In this document: positions 48,590 to 58,725 of the stretch, piece by piece | How positions within the stretch are numbered: the first letter of the stretch is position 1 | Layout of the letters: the number at the start of each line of letters is the position of its first letter | Origin: Promethearchaeota archaeon | GTDB taxonomy: Archaea; Asgardarchaeota; Lokiarchaeia; Sigyniarchaeales; SOKP01 | Reading direction: 5' to 3' | Assembly (NCBI GenBank): GCA_030599585.1 | Contig: JAUVNS010000008.1 | Span: forward strand, 160,001 to 224,000 | DNA: 64,000 nucleotides | Position numbers and translations under genes: made by a program | Notes under the pieces: model-generated | Told to the model about the DNA's origin: nothing | The model's database searches: none | What the model saw: the letters and a program-made list of their open reading frames with translations, nothing else

Positions 48590-49441
48590 TTACGAATTAA
48601 AAATCTTATAATTGAGTAATTTATACAGAGGATAGTGCCCCTCTACATCGGGACCTTCCATCTTTATGTATGTGTAAAGATTTGACTGCAAAAATTCAAC
48701 GAGTTTAAAGGCAATCTCATTACAAATCATGTCGCAATTAATAAAATCATCGACGAGATAATGACACTTGCTATTATGTTTAACACAGAATTTTTTCATT
48801 TGTAAAGATAATCCTTCTGCAGAAAGAAGATCTAAATGATCCCATCGATCTATAAAGCCTCCTAAATTTCTCGGAGCAATATTTCTGAGTTTTTCTTGCA
48901 ATAATTCAATTTTTTTGTTTGAAATGCCATCAACTAAATTTCCTAATCTCTGAGAAATTCCTTTTGCTTCTTTTTTCGCTTCAACTTGACATAAGAAAAC
49001 GTACTGCTTCAAAAGGTTCTCTGCCTTTTTTGCCCTCTGATAGTCGATTATTTCCCATCCTGATAACTTTTTACAACTAATTTCATTCTTGCTTGGATTT
49101 GAAAAATCAGTAGGATATATCCAACATTGAGGTGGTTTAATCCCAGATTTGTGAACTGAGCATCCATTTAAATCTTTATTGAATAAAAAGCATTTACCTG
49201 AGTCTTCGTTAAACCTCAACTGAAAAGAGAAAATATTACTTCTCGTAAAATCAGACTTTTCAGCATATCCCCTTTTAATATATTCTTTAGCCAGAACCTT
49301 TGGAATATCAATCTTAATGGAGCAGCATTCACCTTTACAGATTGCAGAGTCAGTGCAATTAGGACCCTGTATTGCCGATTTCATTAATTTATTAAATTCT
49401 TCGATAATTTGCCAAAAGTAGCTATTTTTCTGATCTATCAA
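48590..49441 (-). CDS. YkgJ-family Cys-cluster (Zn/Fe-chelating) protein
   Basis: CKGECC...KCFLF...CSVH..IKPPQCWIYP. Confidence 0.78.
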   Translation of the reverse strand: MIDQKNSYFWQIIEEFNKLMKSAIQGPNCTDSAICKGECCSIKIDIPKVLAKEYIKRGYAEKSDFTRSNIFSFQLRFNEDSGKCFLFNKDLNGCSVHKSGIKPPQCWIYPTDFSNPSKNEISCKKLSGWEIIDYQRAKKAENLLKQYVFLCQVEAKKEAKGISQRLGNLVDGISNKKIELLQEKLRNIAPRNLGGFIDRWDHLDLLSAEGLSLQMKKFCVKHNSKCHYLVDDFINCDMICNEIAFKLVEFLQSNLYTYIKMEGPDVEGHYPLYKLLNYKIFNS

Positions 49442-49505
49442 GACTGAAAAACCTTTGTTTATACAACGAGATTAATGTGTAGAAAGAACTTTATGGAGAA
49501 TAGTC

Positions 49506-50699
49506 TTATTTTTTCTTTATTTTCTTTATTTCTTCTTTTATATTTTTTTGAAGAATCATAACGTCACGCATTTGTTTACCAATTACATCTATTTCTCTCT
49601 TTAAAGGAGCAGTTTCTGATCGTTTTTCTTTCTCTAATTCCTTTCTGATTAAATTATACGACTTTATCTGGTTTATATTATTCATGAAATACTCTGTCGC
49701 GTCATCCCTGTTTGTTTTTATTCTCTGTAGCGTTTCTAAAATTATTTTAATATTATCAATAGAAGTCGTCCAATAGCTTAAATTTTCGTTCTCTCTTAAA
49801 GAGTCAATCGTTTGATCGATAAATTCTAAAGCCACTAAAAATACATTTTCAGCGTTAATTTCATGGGTCTGACTTTTTGAAAAAGGTTCTAATCTCACTT
49901 CATCTAAAATATCGGAACTGTAGTTAATTAAAATGTTTCCGATAGATAATTGATGTTCAATAGCAGCATCTTTTGCATTGATTTCAGTGATTTCTGTCAC
50001 AAGTTTGAGTTCGTCCAATTCAATTTGTGTAATCAATGGAGTAAATCGTACCCGAAGGTGCTTTTTTCCATAAAACTCGTTTCCTATCCTTATTATTTGG
50101 GTGTAGTCTTGTATTAAATTTTCACCAATGGGGGCGAACAAAACCCCATCTGAAGAATCAAGCTGAAGTAACAATGGAATAATTCTTTCTTGCTTTATAG
50201 CACCAGTTACAAGAATTTTTTGCCAAGGAGCTGATTCAGGTTGACCGTTCAATGGATTATCTACAATCACACTTATTTTATCTTGAAGACCATTTCTCTC
50301 TAAATTATCTTGCGTAATCTTGGCAATAACTTGATTTGCTTCTAATATTACAATTTTCCCTTTAGGGGCTAGCCTATGTGCAAGTGCGGCAATATACCCA
50401 CTTTTAGCCCCTAGGATAAGAAGATCGTCATCATCTTCTAATAATAATTGTTGTAGCATGATTGAAATCATATGTGGAGCAGATATCGTTCTAAGCGTTT
50501 CTGGGTTCTCTTTATTCAGAAAAAATAACACGGGAGCATCGGTATAAATTTTAAAATGGGAATGTAATTCGTTAGGTATAAAATTCTTTAGAGGGACGTC
50601 TAAGAAGGCTTTAACTAATCGGATATCTCTCAAATACCCATTATAAATTAGGGTAAATAATAGCTGAATTTTTGACCGAAATAATTTGCGACTCTCCAT
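49506..50699 (-). CDS. Protein-L-isoaspartate O-methyltransferase-like protein with helical C-terminal extension
   Basis: AFLDVP, TISAPHM, degenerate motif I LILGAKSGY, APWQKILVTGA, VRFTPL. Confidence 0.75.
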   Translation of the reverse strand: MESRKLFRSKIQLLFTLIYNGYLRDIRLVKAFLDVPLKNFIPNELHSHFKIYTDAPVLFFLNKENPETLRTISAPHMISIMLQQLLLEDDDDLLILGAKSGYIAALAHRLAPKGKIVILEANQVIAKITQDNLERNGLQDKISVIVDNPLNGQPESAPWQKILVTGAIKQERIIPLLLQLDSSDGVLFAPIGENLIQDYTQIIRIGNEFYGKKHLRVRFTPLITQIELDELKLVTEITEINAKDAAIEHQLSIGNILINYSSDILDEVRLEPFSKSQTHEINAENVFLVALEFIDQTIDSLRENENLSYWTTSIDNIKIILETLQRIKTNRDDATEYFMNNINQIKSYNLIRKELEKEKRSETAPLKREIDVIGKQMRDVMILQKNIKEEIKKIKKK

Positions 50700-50799
50700 C
50701 TAAATTACAAGATAATGATAATATTTATAGCTATTATATCTTTTTATATTAAAATATTAAATCATCGTAATGATGACAATACTTTAGGTTTTTACTTTT

Positions 50800-51387
50800 A
50801 TGTTCGTATTAGATGCAGCAAACATTAAAAATGCAAGGATAACGATATTTTTAATAACGTTCAATACGCTTCTGTTCCTTCTTTTCTCTTTTGGCGTAGA
50901 AGATTTAGACTATATTTTTTATTTATTAGTTCAAATCAACAGTAAAGTGGTCTATGATTTAGAACTATGGCGTTTAATAACATCAATGTTCTTGCACGGA
51001 GATTTTCTTCACCTTTTCTCAAATATGTTTTCTCTCTTAATTTTTGGATCGTATATCGAACTCAGTTTTTCAAAGGTTAAATTTGTCCTAATATATTTCA
51101 TATCTGGTTTTCTAGGAAGTTTGTTTACTGTATTTTTTTTACCTCTAAACACAATTAGTTTAGGAGCCTCTGGTGCAATTTTTGGGTTATTAGGGGCTGT
51201 GTTATCGATGATTATATTTGATAGAAACAATCCCTTAATTATTTTAGGATTGATTTACGCTTTTTACTTCGTGATCACTTCTTTCAGACCAGGAGTAAAT
51301 TATTTTGCTCATATTTTTGGGTTATTGGGAGGTTTTGTAATAGGATATATTCTCAGAAAAAAACCTCCTACTGAACAAATATATTGA
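50800..51387 (+). CDS. Rhomboid family intramembrane serine protease
   Basis: WRLITSMFLH...HLFSN, GASG (Ser), AHIFG (His). Confidence 0.93.
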   Translation: MFVLDAANIKNARITIFLITFNTLLFLLFSFGVEDLDYIFYLLVQINSKVVYDLELWRLITSMFLHGDFLHLFSNMFSLLIFGSYIELSFSKVKFVLIYFISGFLGSLFTVFFLPLNTISLGASGAIFGLLGAVLSMIIFDRNNPLIILGLIYAFYFVITSFRPGVNYFAHIFGLLGGFVIGYILRKKPPTEQIY

Positions 51388-51392
51388 GCTCA

Positions 51393-52058
51393 CTATTTCT
51401 TTTTCTTTTTACTCTTCCTTGCTAACTCCATTGTAAAATCCTTGGGGCATATGGTATTTAATGGGCATAAATCACATTTAGGATGAATGGGTAAGCAAAT
51501 TTCTTGACCAAATCGTACAAATAAGCGATTCACCCTAATCCATTGACTTTTTGGTATGATTTCTTTTAATCTTTTCTCAGTTTGCTCCGGTTTAGTTGTT
51601 TTAATCCATCCTAATCTATTTGGAATCCTATGTACATGTGTATCCACTGGGATTGCAGGAATATTAAAAGCATATACCAACACGCAATTCGCTGTTTTGG
51701 CTCCTACCCCTGGTAAAGAAATTAATTCGTCAAAATCAACTGGTACTTTCCCCATATAATCTTCTGAGATGATTCGAGAGACCTCCTTGATACGAGCAGC
51801 TTTAACCTTATAAAATCCTGATTTATGTACTAATTCCTCTAAGATTTCAATATTAGCGTTAGAAATGGCTTGAGGAGTTTTGAATCTGGAAAATAATTTC
51901 TTGGTCACTTCTTCGGTACTCGAATCTCTTGTTCTTGCAGAGAGAATTGTCGATATTAATATTTTAAAGGGATCATTTCTTTGCTTTGCTAATTGATCTA
52001 AATGAGCTTCTCCTTCAATAACTTTCTCTATTTCGTCGAGAATTTCTACATAATTCAT
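51393..52058 (-). CDS. nth: Endonuclease III
   Basis: ILSART, HhH LPGVGAKTA, VDTHVHR, C-x6-C-x2-C-x5-C [4Fe-4S] motif. Confidence 0.95.
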   Translation of the reverse strand: MNYVEILDEIEKVIEGEAHLDQLAKQRNDPFKILISTILSARTRDSSTEEVTKKLFSRFKTPQAISNANIEILEELVHKSGFYKVKAARIKEVSRIISEDYMGKVPVDFDELISLPGVGAKTANCVLVYAFNIPAIPVDTHVHRIPNRLGWIKTTKPEQTEKRLKEIIPKSQWIRVNRLFVRFGQEICLPIHPKCDLCPLNTICPKDFTMELARKSKKKKK

Positions 52059-52061
52059 GTT

Positions 52062-53480
52062 TTAGTCTGATTCACCAATTTTTTCGAACACATATAGTTT
52101 TCTTTTGACAATTTGATTTTTTTTAGCATCAAGGATTGCTCTAACATGCGCTTGTTTAAATTGGAGTTTTCTATTTGATTTGTTTACGATCCTATTCAAA
52201 TCTAACATTGGGATTAGTTTGAACTTGTAAAAATTTGCTATTTGTTCAACATTTAATTGTACATCTCCGCCATCGATAGTACCAATAACGGGTGCTATTA
52301 TACTAATCCTACCTTTTGGATTTAAAACTTTAAAACTTTCTCTAAATGTAGCTTTAAATAAAGGATTTAATTTCGATTCAATCAAGTCAACAACTTCAGT
52401 ATAATATGGTTTTTGCTTGTAAAATGGGCCTAACTCCGGTTCTGTACAAATCCCGTCAAATTTTTGTTCATTGAAAATAGAAGAGAGTTGATTTATGTCA
52501 GCTTTTTTGATTCTCTCGTTTAGCATATAAGGTACTGTTTCTTCAAGCTCGTTTAATAACCAGCTAACGTTTCTTTCAGTATTTTTAACTTTAGTTTCGT
52601 CAATGTCCGCTCCAAAAATTTGAAAATCTTCAATTAAGGCAAATAATATTATAGTCCCATTACCAACGAATGGATCTAAAATTGTTTTTCTCTCTCTCTG
52701 TTCAAATAAGTTTAAAAAGTTTAACATTATAAGAGACAATTTTGGTGAAATTGCGCTTTTAAACTCTTTAAATGGTCTTTCCTCATCAATTTTTTTTTTG
52801 AAGTTAGGATCGTCACAAGTAAATGTTCTTGCAATATAACAGCCTTCCTCTGTGAATCCAAAAATGATTTCAGCTCGGTCTCTATTGAACAATCCGTATG
52901 TAATAACGTGATGAGGGAAAATAGGGTTTAAATTACCAGCATCAATATTTTCTTGAGGGTATTTATAATATAAGGATTTCTTAGCACCAATTTCCTTTAA
53001 TAGGGCCATGATTTCTTTATTTAAAAATGGTAAAAAGTGTTTTAAGAGCACATCCGAGTAATAATTATCATCATAGAGATTAGGGTAAATTGAAACAGCA
53101 AAAAATAAACTTTCTCTTCTAATACTAGGAAAAATTTTTTTTAAGGATGAGTTGATAACTTTAAGAATCTCTTTCCTCTTTATATCGACCTGCTTGTACT
53201 TTTCGATTTGTAATGGAAACGCAAATTGGACGGTTTGGATATCAATAAAATCATGTATCTCGGCGATCTTCTGGATTCCTCCTAATATGTATTGAAGCTC
53301 CATTAGTTTATTGGCGTATAATCTATCTTCATGCAAATCATCAAATTCTACAATGGCAATATTCGCCGAATAATCTGTGATTCGACCTTTAAACTGTGAA
53401 TTTTTCAATACATTATCAAGTTCAGCTAAAGACAATTGCCAGTTTGACCCTAAAACAAATAAGAAGCGATTCATAGTCAA
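52062..53480 (-). CDS. THUMP-like + SAM methyltransferase (Trm11/TrmG10-like tRNA m2G methyltransferase)
   Basis: LSLAEL N-terminus, RP...ISPKLS, LDPFVGNGTI, ICTEPELG. Confidence 0.75.
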   Translation of the reverse strand: MTMNRFLFVLGSNWQLSLAELDNVLKNSQFKGRITDYSANIAIVEFDDLHEDRLYANKLMELQYILGGIQKIAEIHDFIDIQTVQFAFPLQIEKYKQVDIKRKEILKVINSSLKKIFPSIRRESLFFAVSIYPNLYDDNYYSDVLLKHFLPFLNKEIMALLKEIGAKKSLYYKYPQENIDAGNLNPIFPHHVITYGLFNRDRAEIIFGFTEEGCYIARTFTCDDPNFKKKIDEERPFKEFKSAISPKLSLIMLNFLNLFEQRERKTILDPFVGNGTIILFALIEDFQIFGADIDETKVKNTERNVSWLLNELEETVPYMLNERIKKADINQLSSIFNEQKFDGICTEPELGPFYKQKPYYTEVVDLIESKLNPLFKATFRESFKVLNPKGRISIIAPVIGTIDGGDVQLNVEQIANFYKFKLIPMLDLNRIVNKSNRKLQFKQAHVRAILDAKKNQIVKRKLYVFEKIGESD

Positions 53481-53548
53481 TTAAAAATAGGTTGTATAGG
53501 TTTAAAAAGCAAGCATATTATTAGTAGTTTTAGTTAAGGAAGAATAAG

Positions 53549-54823
53549 TTAGTCAGTACCTAATACATATTTAATTATTTTAATGATATCCGCTTTACGA
53601 GCCTTAGGAGGTACATTTATATCGTTAGTTTTGCAATAATTTTTCAGTTCCTTAACGGTAAGACTATTTAAATCCTCAGGTAATTCACCTACTAAATCAG
53701 CATTAACTTGACCTTTTTCTTTGTTAAAATCTTTACTATCTCCAGTTATAGTACGCTCATATTTTTCGCCCGAGACATTTTCAATCGCACTTATGATAGA
53801 GTCCAGATCTTCTTTTTTCCTTTTCGGAAGCAGAGATATAATTTCTTCTTCTTCTTGTTCTTCAATTGTTGTTTTCTTCTCTTGTTTCCTTTGATACCTA
53901 TCATGTTGCACAGTTTCCAATTCTTTCATTATTGTCTTATAATTATCTTTGAAATACTTCAAACTTACATTTATTACATCTGAGAGATTACCCCATCTTT
54001 TCTGTTTAACTATTGATTGACCCCAGTGAAATAAGTCTCTCTGTAAATCTAGAGTAATTACTTTACCTTCATATGTTATATCTAAAGTAAGCCACCTTAG
54101 AATATTTGCTATTATTAGATCGTTATCAAAAGCAGAAAACCCATATTCTCTTCCTAAAGACGAGAAAATAGATAAAGTCCCGAACGCTGCCACCTGTCCA
54201 TGATGGTATTCTGAGGTGATGATCAATGGAACTTTAGGGCAATCTTCTTCGACCCATTGCTTTCCATCGAATCGATTTCTCCAACAATTCAGACCTCCTC
54301 TTACTATGACTTCGACGGTTATATTTTTTTCTTCTTCCTTTGACAATTTAAGCGTTCCTAAAGAGCAAGCACTAGATAAAACCATTTTGTGTGCATTTTC
54401 TGTGATATAATGTGGTTTAAAATCAGATAGCAAAGGTCTTTTCTGCAAATTAACATAATTTACTGAATCATTAATTTCATCATTTATAAATTCAAATCCG
54501 AAAAATTTGGTTAATTCGTTAATATTAGTTCTATTTGTGTGTTCTCCACCCCTCGAGCCAACGATTAGTAAGCTTCCGCCTTTTCTAACGTATTCCTCTA
54601 AAACCTCTATTTCTCTCGGATCAAGATTAATGTTTTTAGGTATAGACATTATAATCGCATTATATTTTTTAACTTTATCCAACGAATAAAATCCCGCTTC
54701 TATTTTCCCTAATTTGTAAGCAGAAGTGAAGAGGAATTGAGTAAAATCGGCATAGCTCGAAGCTTCTAAGGTAAGCATGTTGTTGTGGCTGTAATCGAGC
54801 CCGACTGTAATGTCATTTTTCAT
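53549..54823 (-). CDS. GIFT/DUF4350-like domain + ribbon-helix-helix-like segment + C-terminal HeH/SAP (Rho-N-like) domain protein
   Basis: DYSHNN, EIEVLEEYVRKGGSLLI, INELTKFFG, GQVAAFG...DN...NILRWL; ITLDL...NLSDVINVSL; LNSLTVKELKNYCK...KADII. Confidence 0.65.
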   Translation of the reverse strand: MKNDITVGLDYSHNNMLTLEASSYADFTQFLFTSAYKLGKIEAGFYSLDKVKKYNAIIMSIPKNINLDPREIEVLEEYVRKGGSLLIVGSRGGEHTNRTNINELTKFFGFEFINDEINDSVNYVNLQKRPLLSDFKPHYITENAHKMVLSSACSLGTLKLSKEEEKNITVEVIVRGGLNCWRNRFDGKQWVEEDCPKVPLIITSEYHHGQVAAFGTLSIFSSLGREYGFSAFDNDLIIANILRWLTLDITYEGKVITLDLQRDLFHWGQSIVKQKRWGNLSDVINVSLKYFKDNYKTIMKELETVQHDRYQRKQEKKTTIEEQEEEEIISLLPKRKKEDLDSIISAIENVSGEKYERTITGDSKDFNKEKGQVNADLVGELPEDLNSLTVKELKNYCKTNDINVPPKARKADIIKIIKYVLGTD

Positions 54824-54988
54824 AATGAAATCATTCCTAAACTAATGTGTTTAAAAATATAATAATTTCCGCTTTTAAATATTTACAGCAAAATTATCAT
54901 TTCATTACATCACAAAAGAGATAATAAAATCGTATAATATAGGCGTTTTATAAAAATAACATTTACTCGTAAATAAAAAAAAAAAAGA

Positions 54989-56080
54989 TTAGATTTTAAT
55001 CTTAATATCATATCTAGCAAGTAGTAGAGCTATTCCTGCTTCTATTACTATTGGTAAAACTCCAACTAAAAGCATAGTAATTAGAGGATTAGCCACAAGA
55101 AAACTTCTATCAAGAAGACCTATAGCCACATCAAAAATAAAGGCTAATATAAAGAGTAATAGCATATTTTTACCCATTTCTGAAAGTACAGGAATCCTAA
55201 AGTTCATTTTTTCGAATCCATAGAAAACGGCAATTAAGAAGCCAGAGGCCGCGATCGCTAGGAATGCTAGAGATGTTGTTGCGTCGTGATGTTCTGCAGG
55301 TTGGATCCAGTCAAGACAGTAGAAGGCTATTATAAAAATGGTTGCGACTGGTAAAATTCTTTTTTTAAATCCAACATTTGGATCTTCGGGTTCCATTTTG
55401 TACCATTGAGAGAAACATGTCCCAGCAATAGCAATTGCAGCATGATTTAATGAATTAAACGGAAATGGAATAGTTCCTACTCCTCCAAGCCCTTTATGCT
55501 CAAATAGTGGAGTTGCGTAGAGTATCGCATGAAGGATCAATATTCCGATGCAAACATATAACCTTTTATCTGCACTTTTAGGGATTAAATACGCCAAGAG
55601 ATAAGCAGCAAAAGTTCCAATCGCTAAATTTGCTAAGGTACCATACCATAGCACTTCATCCCAAGGAATTCCGTCACCAAAAAGTAACCCCCCAATTAAT
55701 CCGTCATCTAAGAATGCTAGCCCATATAGAACTGCTACACGGATAATGCCATGCTTCCATGCGGCGCCAACGCCTTTTTTTTCCATCCTACTCGTAAAAG
55801 CAATATATGCTACATAACCTAAGATGAACATGAAAATTTGTTGACCAATATCAATAATTGTTATTAAAGCTGGATACCCGTCGTAGTACTGGAATCCGTG
55901 ATTTAAAAGGGGTGGTCCTATAGGAATTTCAGTCCCGGGAAAATTGCCTGAAAGTGGCCATGTAATCACCGATATTATAAGAAAAATAATAATTAATCCC
56001 CGAAATTGATCTAACCATTCATACCGTTTATGTAATTTTGTTTTTCTTTCTTGTTCTACTTCAATTTTTTCCTCAGTCAT
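54989..56080 (-). CDS. Membrane acyltransferase-like protein (HGSNAT / DUF1624-like)
   Basis: RYEWLDQFRG, F.FILG, MGKNML; about 10 TMs. Confidence 0.7.
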   Translation of the reverse strand: MTEEKIEVEQERKTKLHKRYEWLDQFRGLIIIFLIISVITWPLSGNFPGTEIPIGPPLLNHGFQYYDGYPALITIIDIGQQIFMFILGYVAYIAFTSRMEKKGVGAAWKHGIIRVAVLYGLAFLDDGLIGGLLFGDGIPWDEVLWYGTLANLAIGTFAAYLLAYLIPKSADKRLYVCIGILILHAILYATPLFEHKGLGGVGTIPFPFNSLNHAAIAIAGTCFSQWYKMEPEDPNVGFKKRILPVATIFIIAFYCLDWIQPAEHHDATTSLAFLAIAASGFLIAVFYGFEKMNFRIPVLSEMGKNMLLLFILAFIFDVAIGLLDRSFLVANPLITMLLVGVLPIVIEAGIALLLARYDIKIKI

Positions 56081-56248
56081 TTTTTCCTCATCACTTTTTA
56101 TTGTTCAAATTCTGAAAGTAAATTTGGCATTTACTAGTTTTGATACTTCTAAATTTAAAGGTATCTCTTCAAAAAAAAAAGCAAACTTATTATAAGAGTA
56201 CAACGAAATTAAATTAATTTTACAAATTATTAAAAGAGTATCTTAAAT

Positions 56249-57703
56249 ATGAAGAGAAGAGAGTTAATTTCGTTATTTTTCTTTTTGTCGTTAATCCTAA
56301 TCATTGTCATGGATAGTGCTTTGTTTCTACCCAATGAAGTGTTAATTGCCGCTGATTTGGGAATATATTTTGACACTATAGGCATTATCATAAGTATATA
56401 TACTATCGTAAATGGTATTTCAATTCTAGTATTCGGATATTTAACCGATACGATAGAGAGAAAAAAGATTTTAATCCTTGCTGGAGTATTGTGGTCTTTA
56501 ACGGCAATACTGCATATATTCGTAGAAGAATTCTGGCAATTAATGCTTGTTAGGATTGTAGCAGCAATCGCTGTAAGTGTAACCACTCCACTTGTAATTT
56601 CATATTTAGCAGATATAATCTCATCTGATTCACGCTCAAAATCTTTTGCGTTTTGGGGTTTGATAACAAATATAGGAACCTTGGTTGCTGGGATAGTAGC
56701 TTTATCATTTAATGAGATTGATTTCGAAGCTATAGAATTACCCCTCCTTCAGAAAATCGACTTTATCGCCCTTACTTATCCAGATGTGTTATATACTTGG
56801 AAGCTTCCATATTTTTATCTTGGTATTATTGCTCTCATATTTACCATCCTTAATTATTTCATAACCGTAGAACCAAAAAGAGCGGCAAAAGAAAAACAGT
56901 TAGAAGAAGTTTTTTTAGACGAAAATGTCCGGTATTCTTATAAGATCAAATTTTCAGATTTAAAATTCGTCTTTAAGAGGAAATCAAATTTCTTCCTGAT
57001 GTTTAACTTTTTTGATGTCATCGCTTCAGGATTAGTATTAGCTTATATATTCCCCTATATCCAGCTTGAAATTGGTGTTAGTGTTGTCGATATCAAAGTC
57101 ATTATTCTATTTCTCTTCCTAATTGTTTTGGGATTAATAATTGGACAATTTTGGCTTGCACATTTGGGGGATAAAAAAGTTCAGCGTGGAGATCTTTCTG
57201 GTAGGGTGAAAGTAGCGGTTATTTGTTCGATTTTGAATTTACCCTTCTTTTTATTTGGATTTGCGATGACACCTAATGTTGCAAACTCTACTTTCTTCTT
57301 TGGTACTTTGTTGGTCAACGATATTGGATTTTGGGTTTTGTGGTTGGTCTATTGTACGTTTTTAGGTGTAGGTCTCGCTTTAACTATGGGAATTGGTCCC
57401 AATTGGTATAGTTCTCTTATTGATGTTAATTTCCCCGAGAATCGTGGGACTATGGTTGCAGTCGGAGCCTTTATAGATTCTATCGGACGAGCCTTAGGTG
57501 CAATTATAGGTGGTTTCGTGGTAACATTAACGGGAAGCTTTTCTGCGACGATTTTTTGGTCTTTTTTAATATTTGGGATATTTTCTACTTTCCTATGGAT
57601 TCCCCTTTTCTTTACTGCTAAAAAAGATTATTTAGAAATAAATGAGGCTATGAAAAATAGAGCATCTTCGTTAAGTAAAATACAATCAGAGGAATCTCGG
57701 TAA
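56249..57703 (+). CDS. MFS transporter
   Basis: FGYLTDTIERKK motif A, DVNFPENRGT; multiple TMs. Confidence 0.88.
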   Translation: MKRRELISLFFFLSLILIIVMDSALFLPNEVLIAADLGIYFDTIGIIISIYTIVNGISILVFGYLTDTIERKKILILAGVLWSLTAILHIFVEEFWQLMLVRIVAAIAVSVTTPLVISYLADIISSDSRSKSFAFWGLITNIGTLVAGIVALSFNEIDFEAIELPLLQKIDFIALTYPDVLYTWKLPYFYLGIIALIFTILNYFITVEPKRAAKEKQLEEVFLDENVRYSYKIKFSDLKFVFKRKSNFFLMFNFFDVIASGLVLAYIFPYIQLEIGVSVVDIKVIILFLFLIVLGLIIGQFWLAHLGDKKVQRGDLSGRVKVAVICSILNLPFFLFGFAMTPNVANSTFFFGTLLVNDIGFWVLWLVYCTFLGVGLALTMGIGPNWYSSLIDVNFPENRGTMVAVGAFIDSIGRALGAIIGGFVVTLTGSFSATIFWSFLIFGIFSTFLWIPLFFTAKKDYLEINEAMKNRASSLSKIQSEESR

Positions 57704-57765
57704 TTAATTTGACAAAAAGTCGTCGAAATTTCATTTAATTTCGATTACGAGAAAGAATTTTAAAA

Positions 57766-58623
57766 TCAATTTTTATAAACATTTATATCTAAAACTACAT
57801 GATATAAACCCGGACCGTAACTTTTTACGAATCTCTTTGCCAACAGATTGCATTTAAAATCACTTTTTTCTACAATTTCTTTAAATTCATTAAACAAATC
57901 TAAATAATTTTCTTTGTCGGCAATGCCTTCATAATGATATATCGTACCTTCAACTTTCGCTAAGGTTAACGCTTCTTTTATGAAATCTTTTGGAGCTGGA
58001 AATACCCCCATAATCACTCGATCTGCTTTAAGACCTGAATTGCTCAGAGTCATTACTTCAATCTTACTATCTCCATAAATTGGAGTAATTATTTCCTCAA
58101 AATGATTGAGCTTTATATTCTCAGTTAAATATTTAAAAGATTCAGGGTTCAACTCTATACTAAACATCTTTTTAGGTTTTGAGTGTTTTGCTATGGGTAA
58201 GGAGAAATAACCTATCCCTGCAAACATATCAACGATAACCTCACCCTCTTCTACTAAAGTAGCTAAAAATTTCCTTTCGTTTAGATTTCCCATACTAAAC
58301 ATTATCTTTGTAAAATCAAATCTATAGATTACCCCATGTTCTTTATGTTTAGCAATGGGATTATCTACTCCAACAAGAAACTCTATTTTTTCTGGAGTTC
58401 TAAATTGTCCTTTTACCCGCCCTGAGTTTAAATAAACTGATTTTAACTTTGGTAATAAATCTAAGTATTTTTCAGCGATTAGAATTTTTTTTTCAAGTAA
58501 TAGCGGTTTAAATTTTACTATTGCCACATCCCCAATGGTTTGAAATCCTCGAGGAAGAGCAGACAATTCTTCATCAGTTAGAATCCCTATAAGAACGTCC
58601 TTAAGTTTATCTTTAAATCCCAT
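57766..58623 (-). CDS. taw2: Met-10+ family tRNA modification enzyme, Taw2/TYW2 (wyosine aminocarboxypropyltransferase)-like
   Basis: IGDVAI, G.FRTP, HKEHG, MFSMGNLNER, DMFAGIGYF, IELNP, ADRVIMG, VKSYGPG. Confidence 0.75.
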   Translation of the reverse strand: MGFKDKLKDVLIGILTDEELSALPRGFQTIGDVAIVKFKPLLLEKKILIAEKYLDLLPKLKSVYLNSGRVKGQFRTPEKIEFLVGVDNPIAKHKEHGVIYRFDFTKIMFSMGNLNERKFLATLVEEGEVIVDMFAGIGYFSLPIAKHSKPKKMFSIELNPESFKYLTENIKLNHFEEIITPIYGDSKIEVMTLSNSGLKADRVIMGVFPAPKDFIKEALTLAKVEGTIYHYEGIADKENYLDLFNEFKEIVEKSDFKCNLLAKRFVKSYGPGLYHVVLDINVYKN

Positions 58624-58725
58624 TAATTATCAAAAATGCAATCCTTATTCAAAATCAAGTTAAATTATTATATTATAGTATATTACTTTTCAAAAATATT
58701 ATACTAAAAAATTAGAGGATAAAAA

